Assembly: GCA_038063535.1 (NCBI GenBank)
Contig: JBBTUV010000003.1
Location: 416-64,415 of the forward strand
DNA from: Patescibacteria group bacterium
Lineage (GTDB): Bacteria > Patescibacteriota > Minisyncoccia > Phycocordibacterales > UBA9973
Direction of reading: 5' to 3'
DNA: 64,000 nt
The notes under the pieces are model-generated. The model was not told the origin of the DNA. It was given only the letters and a program-made list of their open reading frames with translations, and did no database searches. This document shows, piece after piece, positions 55,831 to 64,000 of the stretch. The number at the start of each line of letters is the position of its first letter. Positions within the stretch are counted from its first letter, which is position 1. The translations under genes and the position numbers were made by a program.

Positions 55831-55915
55831 GGAGGCGTCGCATAGTGGTTTAGTGCACCTGTCTTGAAAACAGGAGTGTCGAAAGGCACCGTGAGTTCGA
55901 ATCTCACCGCCTCCG
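55831..55915 (+). tRNA. tRNA-Ser (anticodon TGA), long variable arm
   Basis: Acceptor GGAGGCG/CGCCUCC, anticodon stem CCUGU/ACAGG with loop CUUGAAA, long variable arm, T-arm GUGAG-UUCGAAU-CUCAC, discriminator G. Confidence 0.8.
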
Positions 55916-55918
55916 CCC

Positions 55919-56272
55919 ATGAGATTTTTGGGCATTGATTATGGAGCAAAAAGAATAGGGATAGCGCTTTCTGACGAAGGGGGGAAGCTTGCCTTTCCGC
56001 GGGAGATCTTGCCGAACGACTCGAAAGTCTTTGAGAAACTTGAGGGCATAATTCGAGATGAGGGTGTAGCGGAAATAGTTATCGGAGAAACAGATTTGAT
56101 TTTGAGGGAGACCGAAATATTTCGGGAGCAACTGGCTCAAAGATTTGGAATAGCGGTGAGGAGGCAAAAAGAAGAATTGACAACCCGGGAGGCACGACGC
56201 TACCAAGGGGGAGTTGCCGACGCACGGGCGGCCGCGCTCATTCTGCAGCGATACTTGGACAGAAAAACCTGA
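55919..56272 (+). CDS. ruvX: Holliday junction resolvase-like protein RuvX/YqgF
   Basis: N-terminus MRFLGIDYGAKRIGIALSD is canonical YqgF. ATG begins 3 nt after the tRNA-Ser discriminator. Confidence 0.85.
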   Translation: MRFLGIDYGAKRIGIALSDEGGKLAFPREILPNDSKVFEKLEGIIRDEGVAEIVIGETDLILRETEIFREQLAQRFGIAVRRQKEELTTREARRYQGGVADARAAALILQRYLDRKT

Positions 56273-56280
56273 TATAATTA

Positions 56281-57369
56281 TTGCAAATGATCAGGAACAA
56301 GATTTATCGTTTTTTTCCCACGCCTCGGTTCCTTATGTCTCCGTCTTTCGGATTGGATATTTCCGACCAGTCGCTTAAGTTCGTAGAACTCAATGTCACC
56401 AAAGATGGTATTCACATGGGCCACTTTGGAGAGCGGAAAATTCCGCCCGGGATCATCGTTTCCGGGAAAATCAACGATCCGAAACGCTTGAAGGATGTGC
56501 TGTTTGCGCTTCGGCGCGAGGAAGGCATCAGATTTGTGCGCGTCTCGCTTCCCGAGGAGCAAGTTTACCTCTTCCACCTACGACTTCAAAAAGGGAGCCT
56601 CGAGAACCTCCGCGAGGGCATCGAGCTTTCGCTTGAGGAGCATATTCCGATCCCAGCCGCGGAAGCGATCTTCGATTACGAGCTCCTTGCCCAGGATGCT
56701 GGCAGCATCGAGGTGGAGGTGGCCGCAATTCCGCAGAACGTGATCGAGAATTATCTTTCTGTTTTCCGTGAATCTTTTATCTCGGTGCAGTCGTTTGAAC
56801 TTGAGGCTCAGGCGATCTCGCGCGCGGTCATAAAAAAAGGAGACTCGGGTACTTACATGGTCGTGGACTTCGGCCAGACCCGAACAGGCATTTTCATCAT
56901 CTCCCGCGGACTCGCGATCTTCACTTCGACTTTTGAAATGGGAGGCGCCTCGCTTGCCGGCGCGATACAGAAAAGTTTCAAGGTCAGTTTCGAAGAAGCG
57001 GAAAAGATGAAGAAGATGTATGGCCTTCTGCGCAACGCTCCGGAGAAGGAAATCTTCCCGATACTCTTGAACAGTGTCTCGGTCCTGCGCGATGAGATTG
57101 TGAAGCACCTGCTCTACTGGCAGACCCACAAGGATGATCAGGGCAATGACCACCCGCCGATCAAGAAAATTCTCCTCTCCGGCGGAGACTCGAATCTGAC
57201 CGGCCTCCCGGAGTATCTATCCGCAAGCACCCACACCCCAGTCGAACTTGCGAACGTCTGGGTGAACGTCTCTGACACAAAAAAATACATTCCGAGAATA
57301 GATTTTAACAGATCGCTTTCATTTGCGGCGGCGCTCGGGCTCGCGCTCGGCGATTTCGACTATGATTAA
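56281..57369 (+). CDS. pilM: type IV pilus assembly protein PilM (actin-like ATPase fold)
   Basis: FGLDISDQSLKFVEL N-terminus and overall PilM architecture. Alternative start at Met 56335. Confidence 0.8.
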   Translation: MQMIRNKIYRFFPTPRFLMSPSFGLDISDQSLKFVELNVTKDGIHMGHFGERKIPPGIIVSGKINDPKRLKDVLFALRREEGIRFVRVSLPEEQVYLFHLRLQKGSLENLREGIELSLEEHIPIPAAEAIFDYELLAQDAGSIEVEVAAIPQNVIENYLSVFRESFISVQSFELEAQAISRAVIKKGDSGTYMVVDFGQTRTGIFIISRGLAIFTSTFEMGGASLAGAIQKSFKVSFEEAEKMKKMYGLLRNAPEKEIFPILLNSVSVLRDEIVKHLLYWQTHKDDQGNDHPPIKKILLSGGDSNLTGLPEYLSASTHTPVELANVWVNVSDTKKYIPRIDFNRSLSFAAALGLALGDFDYD

Positions 57370-57919
57370 CCTCATCCCGAACCAGGAAAAAAAGAAAAAA
57401 GTAAAGGATTTTTATTTTCGTCTTGCAGTGGTGACCTTTTTCCTCCTTTCTTTCACAATTTTAGTTGCTTCACTGGCGATGATCCCCGCTTACTTCCTCT
57501 CCGCCGCCAAAAAAGACGTGGTATTTACGAAGTTGTCCGAGGAAAGCAATACCCCCAACTCAGCGCTCCTCCTTGAGACCCAGGAGTCTATCGCAGCCTT
57601 GACCAAGAAACTCAATATTGTCGAGAAAGTGCAAAAGAACGAGTACAGAATTTCGGGAAAAGTCGTAAATGAAATACTGGGAGACAAAATCTCCTCGATA
57701 AAGATCACCGCCATTCTCTACGAGACCCCTCTTCCGAAAAACCCGGGTGACCCCAATAAAAAAGTTACGGTTCAGGGTGTTGCCACCAGCCGCGAAGAGC
57801 TGCTTCGCTTTCGCCGCGCGCTCGAGGACAATGTCGCCTTCCAGAAGGTTGATTTGCCAATTTCCAATTTCGTGAAAGGGTCGAATATTTTCTTCTCGAT
57901 AACTCTCACTCCGTCTTAA
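57362..57919 (+). CDS. pilN: type IV pilus assembly protein PilN
   Basis: MINLIPNQ start, single TM, periplasmic domain. ATG at 57362 overlaps the pilM stop by 8 nt; the track start is earlier in frame. Confidence 0.7.
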   Translation: MINLIPNQEKKKKVKDFYFRLAVVTFFLLSFTILVASLAMIPAYFLSAAKKDVVFTKLSEESNTPNSALLLETQESIAALTKKLNIVEKVQKNEYRISGKVVNEILGDKISSIKITAILYETPLPKNPGDPNKKVTVQGVATSREELLRFRRALEDNVAFQKVDLPISNFVKGSNIFFSITLTPS

Positions 57920-57921
57920 AT

Positions 57922-58452
57922 ATGGACACGCCTAGAAGTTTCAAAAAATTTAAAAAGGGTCCGCTTGCTCTTTCGCTCGCTCTTCTCGGATTTTCTGCTG
58001 CTCTTTCTCTCTTTTTATATGGCAAGATTCAGGCGAACAAGCAGGTGCAGGATGAAGCGCAAGGAAGCTGGCAGAGGGCGGTTGAGCTCCGGCGGGAGAT
58101 CAATTTTGCCGAGGACAGAGTGAAAAAAACCGCAGAGGACAGAGTAAAACTAAGTTCACATTTTGCGGAAAGTCTTGATGCGGTCCCGTTCTTGGATTCT
58201 CTCGAAGAGCTGGCCGGAAAGGTTTCGGCGAAATCGGAGATTTCCTTAGTCGATATCGCCAAGGACAAGTCGGGAATTTTCGTGAACCTAAGAGTGGCCG
58301 GGAGTTTCGAGTCGGTATATAAATACTTGCTTCTGCTCGAGAACTCCTCCTACGTCCTAGAATTCAGGGCAGTAAACCTACATAAGGCGAGCAGCGAAAG
58401 CACTGAGTGGCAGGGAGATTTTGCTTTGAAACTTCTTACCTTTATTCCATAA
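57922..58452 (+). CDS. pilO: type IV pilus assembly protein PilO
   Basis: N-terminal TM then coiled coil, position after pilN, PilO-like size. Confidence 0.65.
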   Translation: MDTPRSFKKFKKGPLALSLALLGFSAALSLFLYGKIQANKQVQDEAQGSWQRAVELRREINFAEDRVKKTAEDRVKLSSHFAESLDAVPFLDSLEELAGKVSAKSEISLVDIAKDKSGIFVNLRVAGSFESVYKYLLLLENSSYVLEFRAVNLHKASSESTEWQGDFALKLLTFIP

Positions 58453-58455
58453 AAT

Positions 58456-58758
58456 ATGAAACTAGCGTTCAAGAAAAAGGAAAAAGTTTTCAGGAAAGGC
58501 GGTTTTCATACCAATCCCGACATCGGCTGGGAAGTTGTTCTATACTTTAATTTTGCCTTGATCATCGGCGGATTCGTCTTCGGGTATTTCCTGTGGGGAA
58601 AGGTGAATGAAGAATATGTTCTGCCTCCAAACATCAGCAACGAGAGAAAAGCCGAAGAGGCACAAATAGCAAAGGCACTCGAGTACTTTTCCGAGCGGGG
58701 GAAAAAATCCGCCGAGATCCTGAAGGCTCCTTCTCCTTTCGTTGACCCCTCGAAGTAA
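58456..58758 (+). CDS. small single-TM hypothetical protein downstream of pilO
   Basis: ORF tightly coupled (3 nt) to pilO. One TM helix. Confidence 0.4.
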   Translation: MKLAFKKKEKVFRKGGFHTNPDIGWEVVLYFNFALIIGGFVFGYFLWGKVNEEYVLPPNISNERKAEEAQIAKALEYFSERGKKSAEILKAPSPFVDPSK

Positions 58759-58778
58759 AAATGTTATTTTGACCTTGC

Positions 58779-58851
58779 GCGCGCTTAGCTCAGTTGGTAG
58801 AGCGACTCGTTTACACCGAGAAGGTCGGGGGTTCAAGTCCCTCAGCGCGCA
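58779..58851 (+). tRNA. tRNA-Val (anticodon TAC)
   Basis: Acceptor GCGCGCU/AGCGCGC, D-arm GCUCAGUUGGUAGAGC, anticodon loop UUUACAC, T-loop UUCAAGU. Confidence 0.75.
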
Positions 58852-58855
58852 CCCC

Positions 58856-58927
58856 GCTCCCGTAGTTCAATGGATAGAACAGGGCTCTTCTAAGGCCTCG
58901 ATGTGGGTTCGATTCCTACCGGGAGCG
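58856..58927 (+). tRNA. tRNA-Arg (anticodon TCT)
   Basis: Acceptor GCUCCCG/CGGGAGC, D-arm GUUCAAUGGAUAGAAC, anticodon loop CUUCUAA, T-loop UUCGAUU. Lies 4 nt after tRNA-Val. Confidence 0.75.
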
Positions 58928-58928
58928 C

Positions 58929-59558
58929 ATGAAATTTAAAATTCTCTACGAAGATGAAGATTATCTCGCGATAGACAAGCCCTCGGGTATTGAAGTTTTA
59001 GATTTGGCAGAAAAATATTTCCCTGAGAAAATTTTAGCGCATCGATTAGATACAGGAACGAGCGGAGTGCTAGTCCTTGCGAAAAGCGAAAAAGTGCGCG
59101 AATTTCTCAAGAAGCAATTTCAGAAGCGCGAAGTTAAGAAAATATATAATGCGATAGTTAACGGCTGGCCGAAGAATGATCGTGGAGTAGTGGATAAGCC
59201 GATCGGGCGGAGCCCGGTGGATTTTAGAAGAAGACTTGCCGGTCGGGGAGTAAAAGGAAAGATCAGGGAGGCGACCACAGAATACAAAGTACTTAAAAGA
59301 TTTGAAGAAGGTGGAAATAAATTCACACTGGTCGAAGTAAAACCCAAAACCGGCCGGACGCACCAGATCCGCGTGCATATGAAGTTCGCAAATTACCCCG
59401 TGGCCTGCGATCCGCTCTACAATCCTGGCAAACCCTGCCCGAAGGGTATTGAGCGCTTGGCTCTCCATGCGAAGTCTGTAGAGTTTAAAAATCTCTCCGG
59501 CAAAACCATCAAAGTGGAATCGCCTCTACCTAAAGAGTTTCAAAGAGTATATATTTAA
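58929..59558 (+). CDS. RluA family pseudouridine synthase (short)
   Basis: Catalytic motif HRLDTGTSGVLVLAKS. ATG begins 1 nt after the tRNA-Arg discriminator. Confidence 0.8.
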   Translation: MKFKILYEDEDYLAIDKPSGIEVLDLAEKYFPEKILAHRLDTGTSGVLVLAKSEKVREFLKKQFQKREVKKIYNAIVNGWPKNDRGVVDKPIGRSPVDFRRRLAGRGVKGKIREATTEYKVLKRFEEGGNKFTLVEVKPKTGRTHQIRVHMKFANYPVACDPLYNPGKPCPKGIERLALHAKSVEFKNLSGKTIKVESPLPKEFQRVYI

Positions 59559-59576
59559 ATATATATTTGAATATAT

Positions 59577-61286
59577 ATGAAATCTGAAACTCGTCAGTGC
59601 CAGAATTGTCACCAAAACTTCACCATCGAGCCGGATGATTTTGGATTTTATGAGAAAATAAAAGTCCCTCCGCCGACTTTTTGCCCGGATTGCAGATTAC
59701 TTAGACGCTTTATGCATACCAGCGAAACAGTCTTGTATAAGAGAAAGTGCGATTTCTCAGGTAAGGAAATTTTTAGCATGTATTCAGAAAATACAATATT
59801 CCCTGTCTATGAAACTGATATTTGGTATAGCGATGCCTGGGATCCATATGAATACGGTATGGATTTTGATGAGAACCGCCCATTTCTCGAACAATTTTTA
59901 GAATTGCAAAATAAGATTCCAAGGATGTCTATTGTTAGACAAGGTAAGGCAGTAAACAGTCCGTACGCACATAGAGTTACAGACCCAAAAAATTCTTACA
60001 TGGTTTTTCGAAGTTCTTATCCTGAAGATTCTATGTACCTCTATAACGGCAAAATGCATATAAAAGACTGTTGCGATGGCTCGTGGCTTTATGAATGCGA
60101 ATTGTGTTATGAGTGCGTAAATTGTGCTAATTGTTACAATGTGAAGTTCAGTCAGGAGAGTAAAGATTCGAGAGATTGTTCTTTTATTTACTCATGCAGA
60201 AACTGCTCAAATTGCGTTGGTTGTGTAAATTTAGTAAGCGCCGAATATTGTATTTGGAATAAGAAATATACAAAGCAAGAATATTTTGAAAAACTCAAAG
60301 AGATGAAACTCAATACTTTCTCTGGGATCGAAAAGATGAAGATTGAATTTGAGAATTTTAGAAAAAAATTCCCTCAAAGAGCAATAATGTCCATAAAATC
60401 TGAAAAGGTTTCCGGCAATTGGTTTTTAAATAGCAAAAATGTTACTAAATCTTTTGATTGTGAAGGAGTGAAGGATGGTAAGTATTTATTTATGGTCTTT
60501 AATGCAGAAGATTGTATGGATTATTTTGAATGGGGGAATAAAGCCGAACAAATTTACGAAACGGAAAATTCCGGCATAGACATTGCGCGTCTGTCTTTTT
60601 GCAACCAATGCTGGCGAGGCTCGCACGATCTATGGTATTGCCATTCCTGCCAAGGGAGCCATAATTGTTTTGGCTGCATGGGTCTTAAAAAAGGTGAGTA
60701 TTCAATCTTGAACAAAAAATATACGAAAGGAGAGTATGAAAAACTGGTGCCGCAAATTATCGAGCAGATGAAAACGATGCCTTATACAGACAACCGTGGT
60801 TTGGAATATCGGTTCGGGGAGAATTTTCCTGCAAGCTTTTCCGATTTTGGCTACAATGAAACCATCGCGAATTATTATCATCCGCTGACCAAAGAAGAAG
60901 CGCAAGAGAAGGGTTACCGCTGGGCGGATAGATTAAAAAATAATTATCAAGTCACCTTAAAAGCTTCTGAGTTGCCGGAAATGATCGGAGAAGTGAACGA
61001 TTCGATTTTGGATGAAGTCATCGAATGTGCGGAAAAAGATCACCCGAATTCCGTCGGCGCTTATCGGATAACGCAAAACGAACTAAATTTCTACCGGCGG
61101 ATGGATTTACCTTTACCGAGAGTATGCTTTGATATCAGGCATATTCGCAGAATGAACAAGCGTCCGCCTCTTAAGATCATCAAGCGCCACTGCTCGCAAT
61201 GCGGTGTCGAGGTAGAAACTGTTTACACCGAAGAATATGCGCCGATCGTTTACTGCGAATCTTGCTACCAAAAAGAAGTCTACTAA
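59577..61286 (+). CDS. cysteine-rich hypothetical protein (569 aa) with N- and C-terminal zinc-ribbon motifs and internally duplicated CxxCxxCxxC modules
   Basis: CQNCHQN...CPDC at the N-terminus and CSQCG...CESC at the C-terminus. Central CELCYECVNCANC...CRNCSNCVGC and CNQCW...CHSCQGSHNCFGC, each followed by a (Y/L)NKKYTK(Q/G)EY(F/E)KL repeat. Confidence 0.7.
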   Translation: MKSETRQCQNCHQNFTIEPDDFGFYEKIKVPPPTFCPDCRLLRRFMHTSETVLYKRKCDFSGKEIFSMYSENTIFPVYETDIWYSDAWDPYEYGMDFDENRPFLEQFLELQNKIPRMSIVRQGKAVNSPYAHRVTDPKNSYMVFRSSYPEDSMYLYNGKMHIKDCCDGSWLYECELCYECVNCANCYNVKFSQESKDSRDCSFIYSCRNCSNCVGCVNLVSAEYCIWNKKYTKQEYFEKLKEMKLNTFSGIEKMKIEFENFRKKFPQRAIMSIKSEKVSGNWFLNSKNVTKSFDCEGVKDGKYLFMVFNAEDCMDYFEWGNKAEQIYETENSGIDIARLSFCNQCWRGSHDLWYCHSCQGSHNCFGCMGLKKGEYSILNKKYTKGEYEKLVPQIIEQMKTMPYTDNRGLEYRFGENFPASFSDFGYNETIANYYHPLTKEEAQEKGYRWADRLKNNYQVTLKASELPEMIGEVNDSILDEVIECAEKDHPNSVGAYRITQNELNFYRRMDLPLPRVCFDIRHIRRMNKRPPLKIIKRHCSQCGVEVETVYTEEYAPIVYCESCYQKEVY

Positions 61287-62509
61287 ATAGGCCCCATTTC
61301 TTTGCCGACCGAGGAGAGAATCTCGAGCGCGTGGTCTATGTGATCGCGAGTGTGCGCGGCGGAGATTTGGAAACGCAGGCGCGCTTTGCCTTCGGGGACA
61401 ACAGGGAACCAGAGGCCGACGACATAGAGACCGCGCTCGAGAAGTTTTTTGCTCATCTCCTGTGTCTTTGCCGCATCGCCGATCATTACCGGCACTATCG
61501 GGTGTTCGCCTTCGAGTACATCGAAGCCCAACTTTTTTACTTCAGTTCTGAAGTAGTTTGCGTTCTCGCGAACTTGTTTGAGCAGTTCTGGTTTTTCTTT
61601 GAGAAGCTCAAGTGCCCGTAGCGAGGCCATGACCACCGAGGGAGGCAAGGAATTCGAGAAAATATATGTTCGGGATTTTTGGCGCAGAAGCTCTATTAGG
61701 TCTTTCGGTCCCGCGACGTAGCCACCGACGGCTCCGCCCAGAGCTTTGCCGAAAGTTCCAGATAACACATCTATTTTTCCGTGCAATCCAAAGTGCTCGG
61801 GAGTTCCAGCTCCAGTTTTTCCTAGTACGCCCACCGAGTGCGCATCATCGACGAAAAGTAGCGCCTCGTATTTTTCGGCCAAAGCTTTAATTTTGGGCAG
61901 ATCGGCCAAATATCCTTCCATGGAGAATACTCCGTCCGTTACTACAAACTTAAACCTATAACCTTTATCTTCATCCTCTTTGAGCATCTGCTCGAGCGCC
62001 ACTAAATCGCCGTGCGGGCAAATTCTTTTAACTAAATTTTCGCGCTTGCAGAGCTTGAAGGCGTCTATGATGCTCGCGTGATTGAGCTCGTCGCTATAGA
62101 TTGCGTCCATGTGCTTTCCGTCCCCGCCGAGAGGTTCGTTTACAATGCTTGCGAAGAAGCCCAGATTCGACATAAAATTCGTGGAATATAGTATCGCATC
62201 TTCGGTGTCCAAGAATTCTGCAAGTTTTTTCTCGAGAGTTTTGTGAATTTTCTCCGTCCCGGCGATGAATCGTACCGAAGAAAGGCCGTAGCCGTATTTT
62301 TCCAGACCCTCTCGGGCCGCTTTTACGATCTCTGGGTGATTCGAAAGGCCGAGATAGTTGTTCGAAGCGAACATCAAAAACTTTTTCCCGTTAATTTCCA
62401 CCTCCGCCCCCTGTGCACCTTCGATCTCGCGCTCGAATTTAAATTTCCCGCCGGCTTTCAGGCTATCAATCTCTTTTTCTACCGCACTTTGTAGTTTTTT
62501 TGAATACAC
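61283..62509 (-). CDS. kbl: 2-amino-3-ketobutyrate CoA ligase (glycine C-acetyltransferase) / 8-amino-7-oxononanoate synthase family PLP enzyme
   Basis: Class II aminotransferase fold with PLP-lysine region (SGTFGKALGGAVGGY) and VDDAHSVG motif. Adjacent to a TDH-like gene, which favours Kbl. Confidence 0.7.
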   Translation of the reverse strand: MYSKKLQSAVEKEIDSLKAGGKFKFEREIEGAQGAEVEINGKKFLMFASNNYLGLSNHPEIVKAAREGLEKYGYGLSSVRFIAGTEKIHKTLEKKLAEFLDTEDAILYSTNFMSNLGFFASIVNEPLGGDGKHMDAIYSDELNHASIIDAFKLCKRENLVKRICPHGDLVALEQMLKEDEDKGYRFKFVVTDGVFSMEGYLADLPKIKALAEKYEALLFVDDAHSVGVLGKTGAGTPEHFGLHGKIDVLSGTFGKALGGAVGGYVAGPKDLIELLRQKSRTYIFSNSLPPSVVMASLRALELLKEKPELLKQVRENANYFRTEVKKLGFDVLEGEHPIVPVMIGDAAKTQEMSKKLLERGLYVVGLWFPVVPEGKARLRFQISAAHTRDHIDHALEILSSVGKEMGPI

Positions 62510-62518
62510 GCTATTTAT

Positions 62519-63433
62519 TTAATTTTTTTTCAGGTTTTTAAGCACTACCTCAGTCATTTTCGGTAGATCATACTCGTGCTGCCAGCCCCAGTCGCGCCTG
62601 GCCTCGCTGTCATCGATGCTCGAGGGCCAGGAATCGGCGATTGCCTGGCGATGGTCGGGAGCGTAACTGATTTTGAAATCTGGGACGTGTTTTTTAATCT
62701 CGGCGGCAATTTCTTTGGGAGAAAAACTGATAGCCGAGAGATTGTAAGACATGCGGGTCTTGAGTTTCTCTGCGGGCGCTTCCATGAGCGAAATCGTTGC
62801 CCTGATAGCATCGTCCATGTACATCATGGGAAGATATGTATTTTCAGAAAGGTAGCAGGTGTACTTGCCTTCTTTAAGCGCTCCATGAAAAATCGCCACC
62901 GCATAATCTGTGGTGCCGCCACTCGGTTCATCGCTTCCTGAGATGAGCCCAGGATAACGAATGCTCCTCACATCTACACTGAATTTCTTATAATAATACT
63001 GGCAAAGAAGCTCCCCCGCATACTTGGTTACCCCATACATTGTCGTAGGTTCTATGATTGTGTGCTGCGGAGTGCTTTCTTTCGGAGTAGTCGGCCCGAA
63101 GGCAGCTATCGAGCTCGGCCAGAATATTTTAAGTTTGTGTTCGACTCCGACATCAAGAACGTTGCGCAGGCTCCCCATGTTGAGCTCCCAGCAGCGCTTC
63201 GGGTCCTTCTCCCCGCTTGAAGATAAAAGTGCAGCTAAATGGTAAATCTCGCCCACATTTTCTTTTTTCACTATAAAGAGAATCGCTTCTTTATCCATTG
63301 CATCAAGGACCACGGAAGCCTCCTTGTGTATGCCGCTTGCGATTACTTGCGAATCTCCGTATTTTTTCCGTAGCGCAAGGACAAGTTCTGTTCCCACTTG
63401 GCCATATGCCCCAATTACAAGAATTTTTTTCAT
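62519..63433 (-). CDS. tdh: NAD-dependent epimerase/dehydratase-fold L-threonine 3-dehydrogenase-like protein
   Basis: N-terminal Rossmann ILVIGAYGQVG. Extended-SDR catalytic YxxxK (YGVTKYAGELL). Paired with kbl. Confidence 0.65.
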   Translation of the reverse strand: MKKILVIGAYGQVGTELVLALRKKYGDSQVIASGIHKEASVVLDAMDKEAILFIVKKENVGEIYHLAALLSSSGEKDPKRCWELNMGSLRNVLDVGVEHKLKIFWPSSIAAFGPTTPKESTPQHTIIEPTTMYGVTKYAGELLCQYYYKKFSVDVRSIRYPGLISGSDEPSGGTTDYAVAIFHGALKEGKYTCYLSENTYLPMMYMDDAIRATISLMEAPAEKLKTRMSYNLSAISFSPKEIAAEIKKHVPDFKISYAPDHRQAIADSWPSSIDDSEARRDWGWQHEYDLPKMTEVVLKNLKKN

Positions 63434-64000
63434 AAAAACGATAGTTTTTCTTTTTTAACCCCCGCCTTGTCGCGCCCTGCTTGGGTTTCAGCAAACAATT
63501 TCCGCATTTCTTCTTCGTCGGCTTTTGTGAATTCCACATTTCGCCGGGCGCTCATGGCTTTTTGAATTTTTATCGCCAGGTCAATCGGCAGTTCATACAT
63601 ATTGCCCGGTGAGACGTGGCTTGCAAATGCCGGCACGTCTTCGGTGACCATGCCGTATAGATGCGCCGAATCGCCGATTACTTTTCCGCAGAAGATCGAA
63701 GTATTGACTGCGGTTTTGACATAGTCGCCGATGATGGCACCCAATTTCATCTGCCCCGTATCTTCTCCCTTAACTTTAATAGCACCATAAGTGTTCTTTA
63801 GGTCAGAGACGCTCGTCCCGCCGCCTATGTTTACCCAGCTTCCAATATAGCTATGGCCTAAGTACCCGTAATGCTGTTTATTGGTGTAGTTGCCGATCCA
63901 CGAATGCTCGATCTCTCCGCCCAATCTCGAGTTTTTTCCAGCCCAGATGGGGCCGCGCAGGACTGTCCCGGCTCTGATTATTGAATCATCGCCGATAACG
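63430..64000 (-). CDS. left-handed beta-helix (hexapeptide repeat) sugar-nucleotidyltransferase/acetyltransferase-like protein, 5' partial (continues past window end)
   Basis: Frame stays open upstream of the track's TTG start to the window end (...VIGDDSIIRAGTVLRGPIWAGKNSRLGGEIEHSWIGNY...). Hexapeptide repeats throughout. Confidence 0.6.
   Translation of the reverse strand, partial: VIGDDSIIRAGTVLRGPIWAGKNSRLGGEIEHSWIGNYTNKQHYGYLGHSYIGSWVNIGGGTSVSDLKNTYGAIKVKGEDTGQMKLGAIIGDYVKTAVNTSIFCGKVIGDSAHLYGMVTEDVPAFASHVSPGNMYELPIDLAIKIQKAMSARRNVEFTKADEEEMRKLFAETQAGRDKAGVKKEKLSFL

Noticed and set aside
1-64000. CRISPR arrays, rRNA genes, transposases, integrases, prophage genes
   Set aside because: No direct-repeat/spacer periodicity and no rRNA-like conserved stretches. 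No DDE or tyrosine-recombinase-like ORFs were recognised in any frame.

Overview
Gene-dense segment of a small bacterial chromosome. Gene content suggests a Candidate Phyla Radiation / Patescibacteria-like lineage. That call rests on many small secreted or membrane hypotheticals, a T4P plus T4SS-like complement and minimal metabolism. It is an inference.

The window contains the chromosomal replication origin. The cluster rpmH-rnpA-yidD-yidC-jag runs on the minus strand and diverges from dnaA-dnaN on the plus strand. DnaA-box-like 9-mers and an AT-rich stretch lie in the flanking intergenic spacers. I found rpmH (44 aa) by hand; it is absent from the ORF track.

Other content:
- DNA repair and recombination genes: uvrD, uvrB, uvrA, a short uvrC, polA, fpg, ruvA, ruvB, ruvC, ruvX.
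- Type IV pilus genes: pilB and pilM/N/O.
- Seven tRNAs: Pro-TGG, Gly-TCC, Lys-TTT, Arg-GCG, Ser-TGA, Val-TAC, Arg-TCT.
- A roughly 13-kb, ten-gene, single-strand cluster (10962-23906) that looks like a minimal Gram-positive-type type IV secretion or conjugation-like apparatus. It has a VirB6-like polytopic protein, a VirB3-like protein, VirB4 split into two ORFs, a pilin-like/lytic-transglycosylase fusion, and several large secreted proteins of unknown function.

Other notable items:
- Four cases where a CDS start codon sits 0-3 nt after a tRNA 3' end, suggesting tRNA-punctuated leaderless mRNAs.
- A 1262-aa coiled-coil/TM protein with an HExxH motif.
- A 569-aa cysteine-rich double zinc-ribbon protein.
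- A 1148-aa polyproline/repeat surface protein.
- A GC-rich islet with a strong sigma70-like promoter.
- Two unusually long non-coding spacers.

No rRNA, CRISPR, transposase or integrase was seen. Coordinates of hand-derived features (tRNAs, promoters, boxes) may be off by 1-2 nt.
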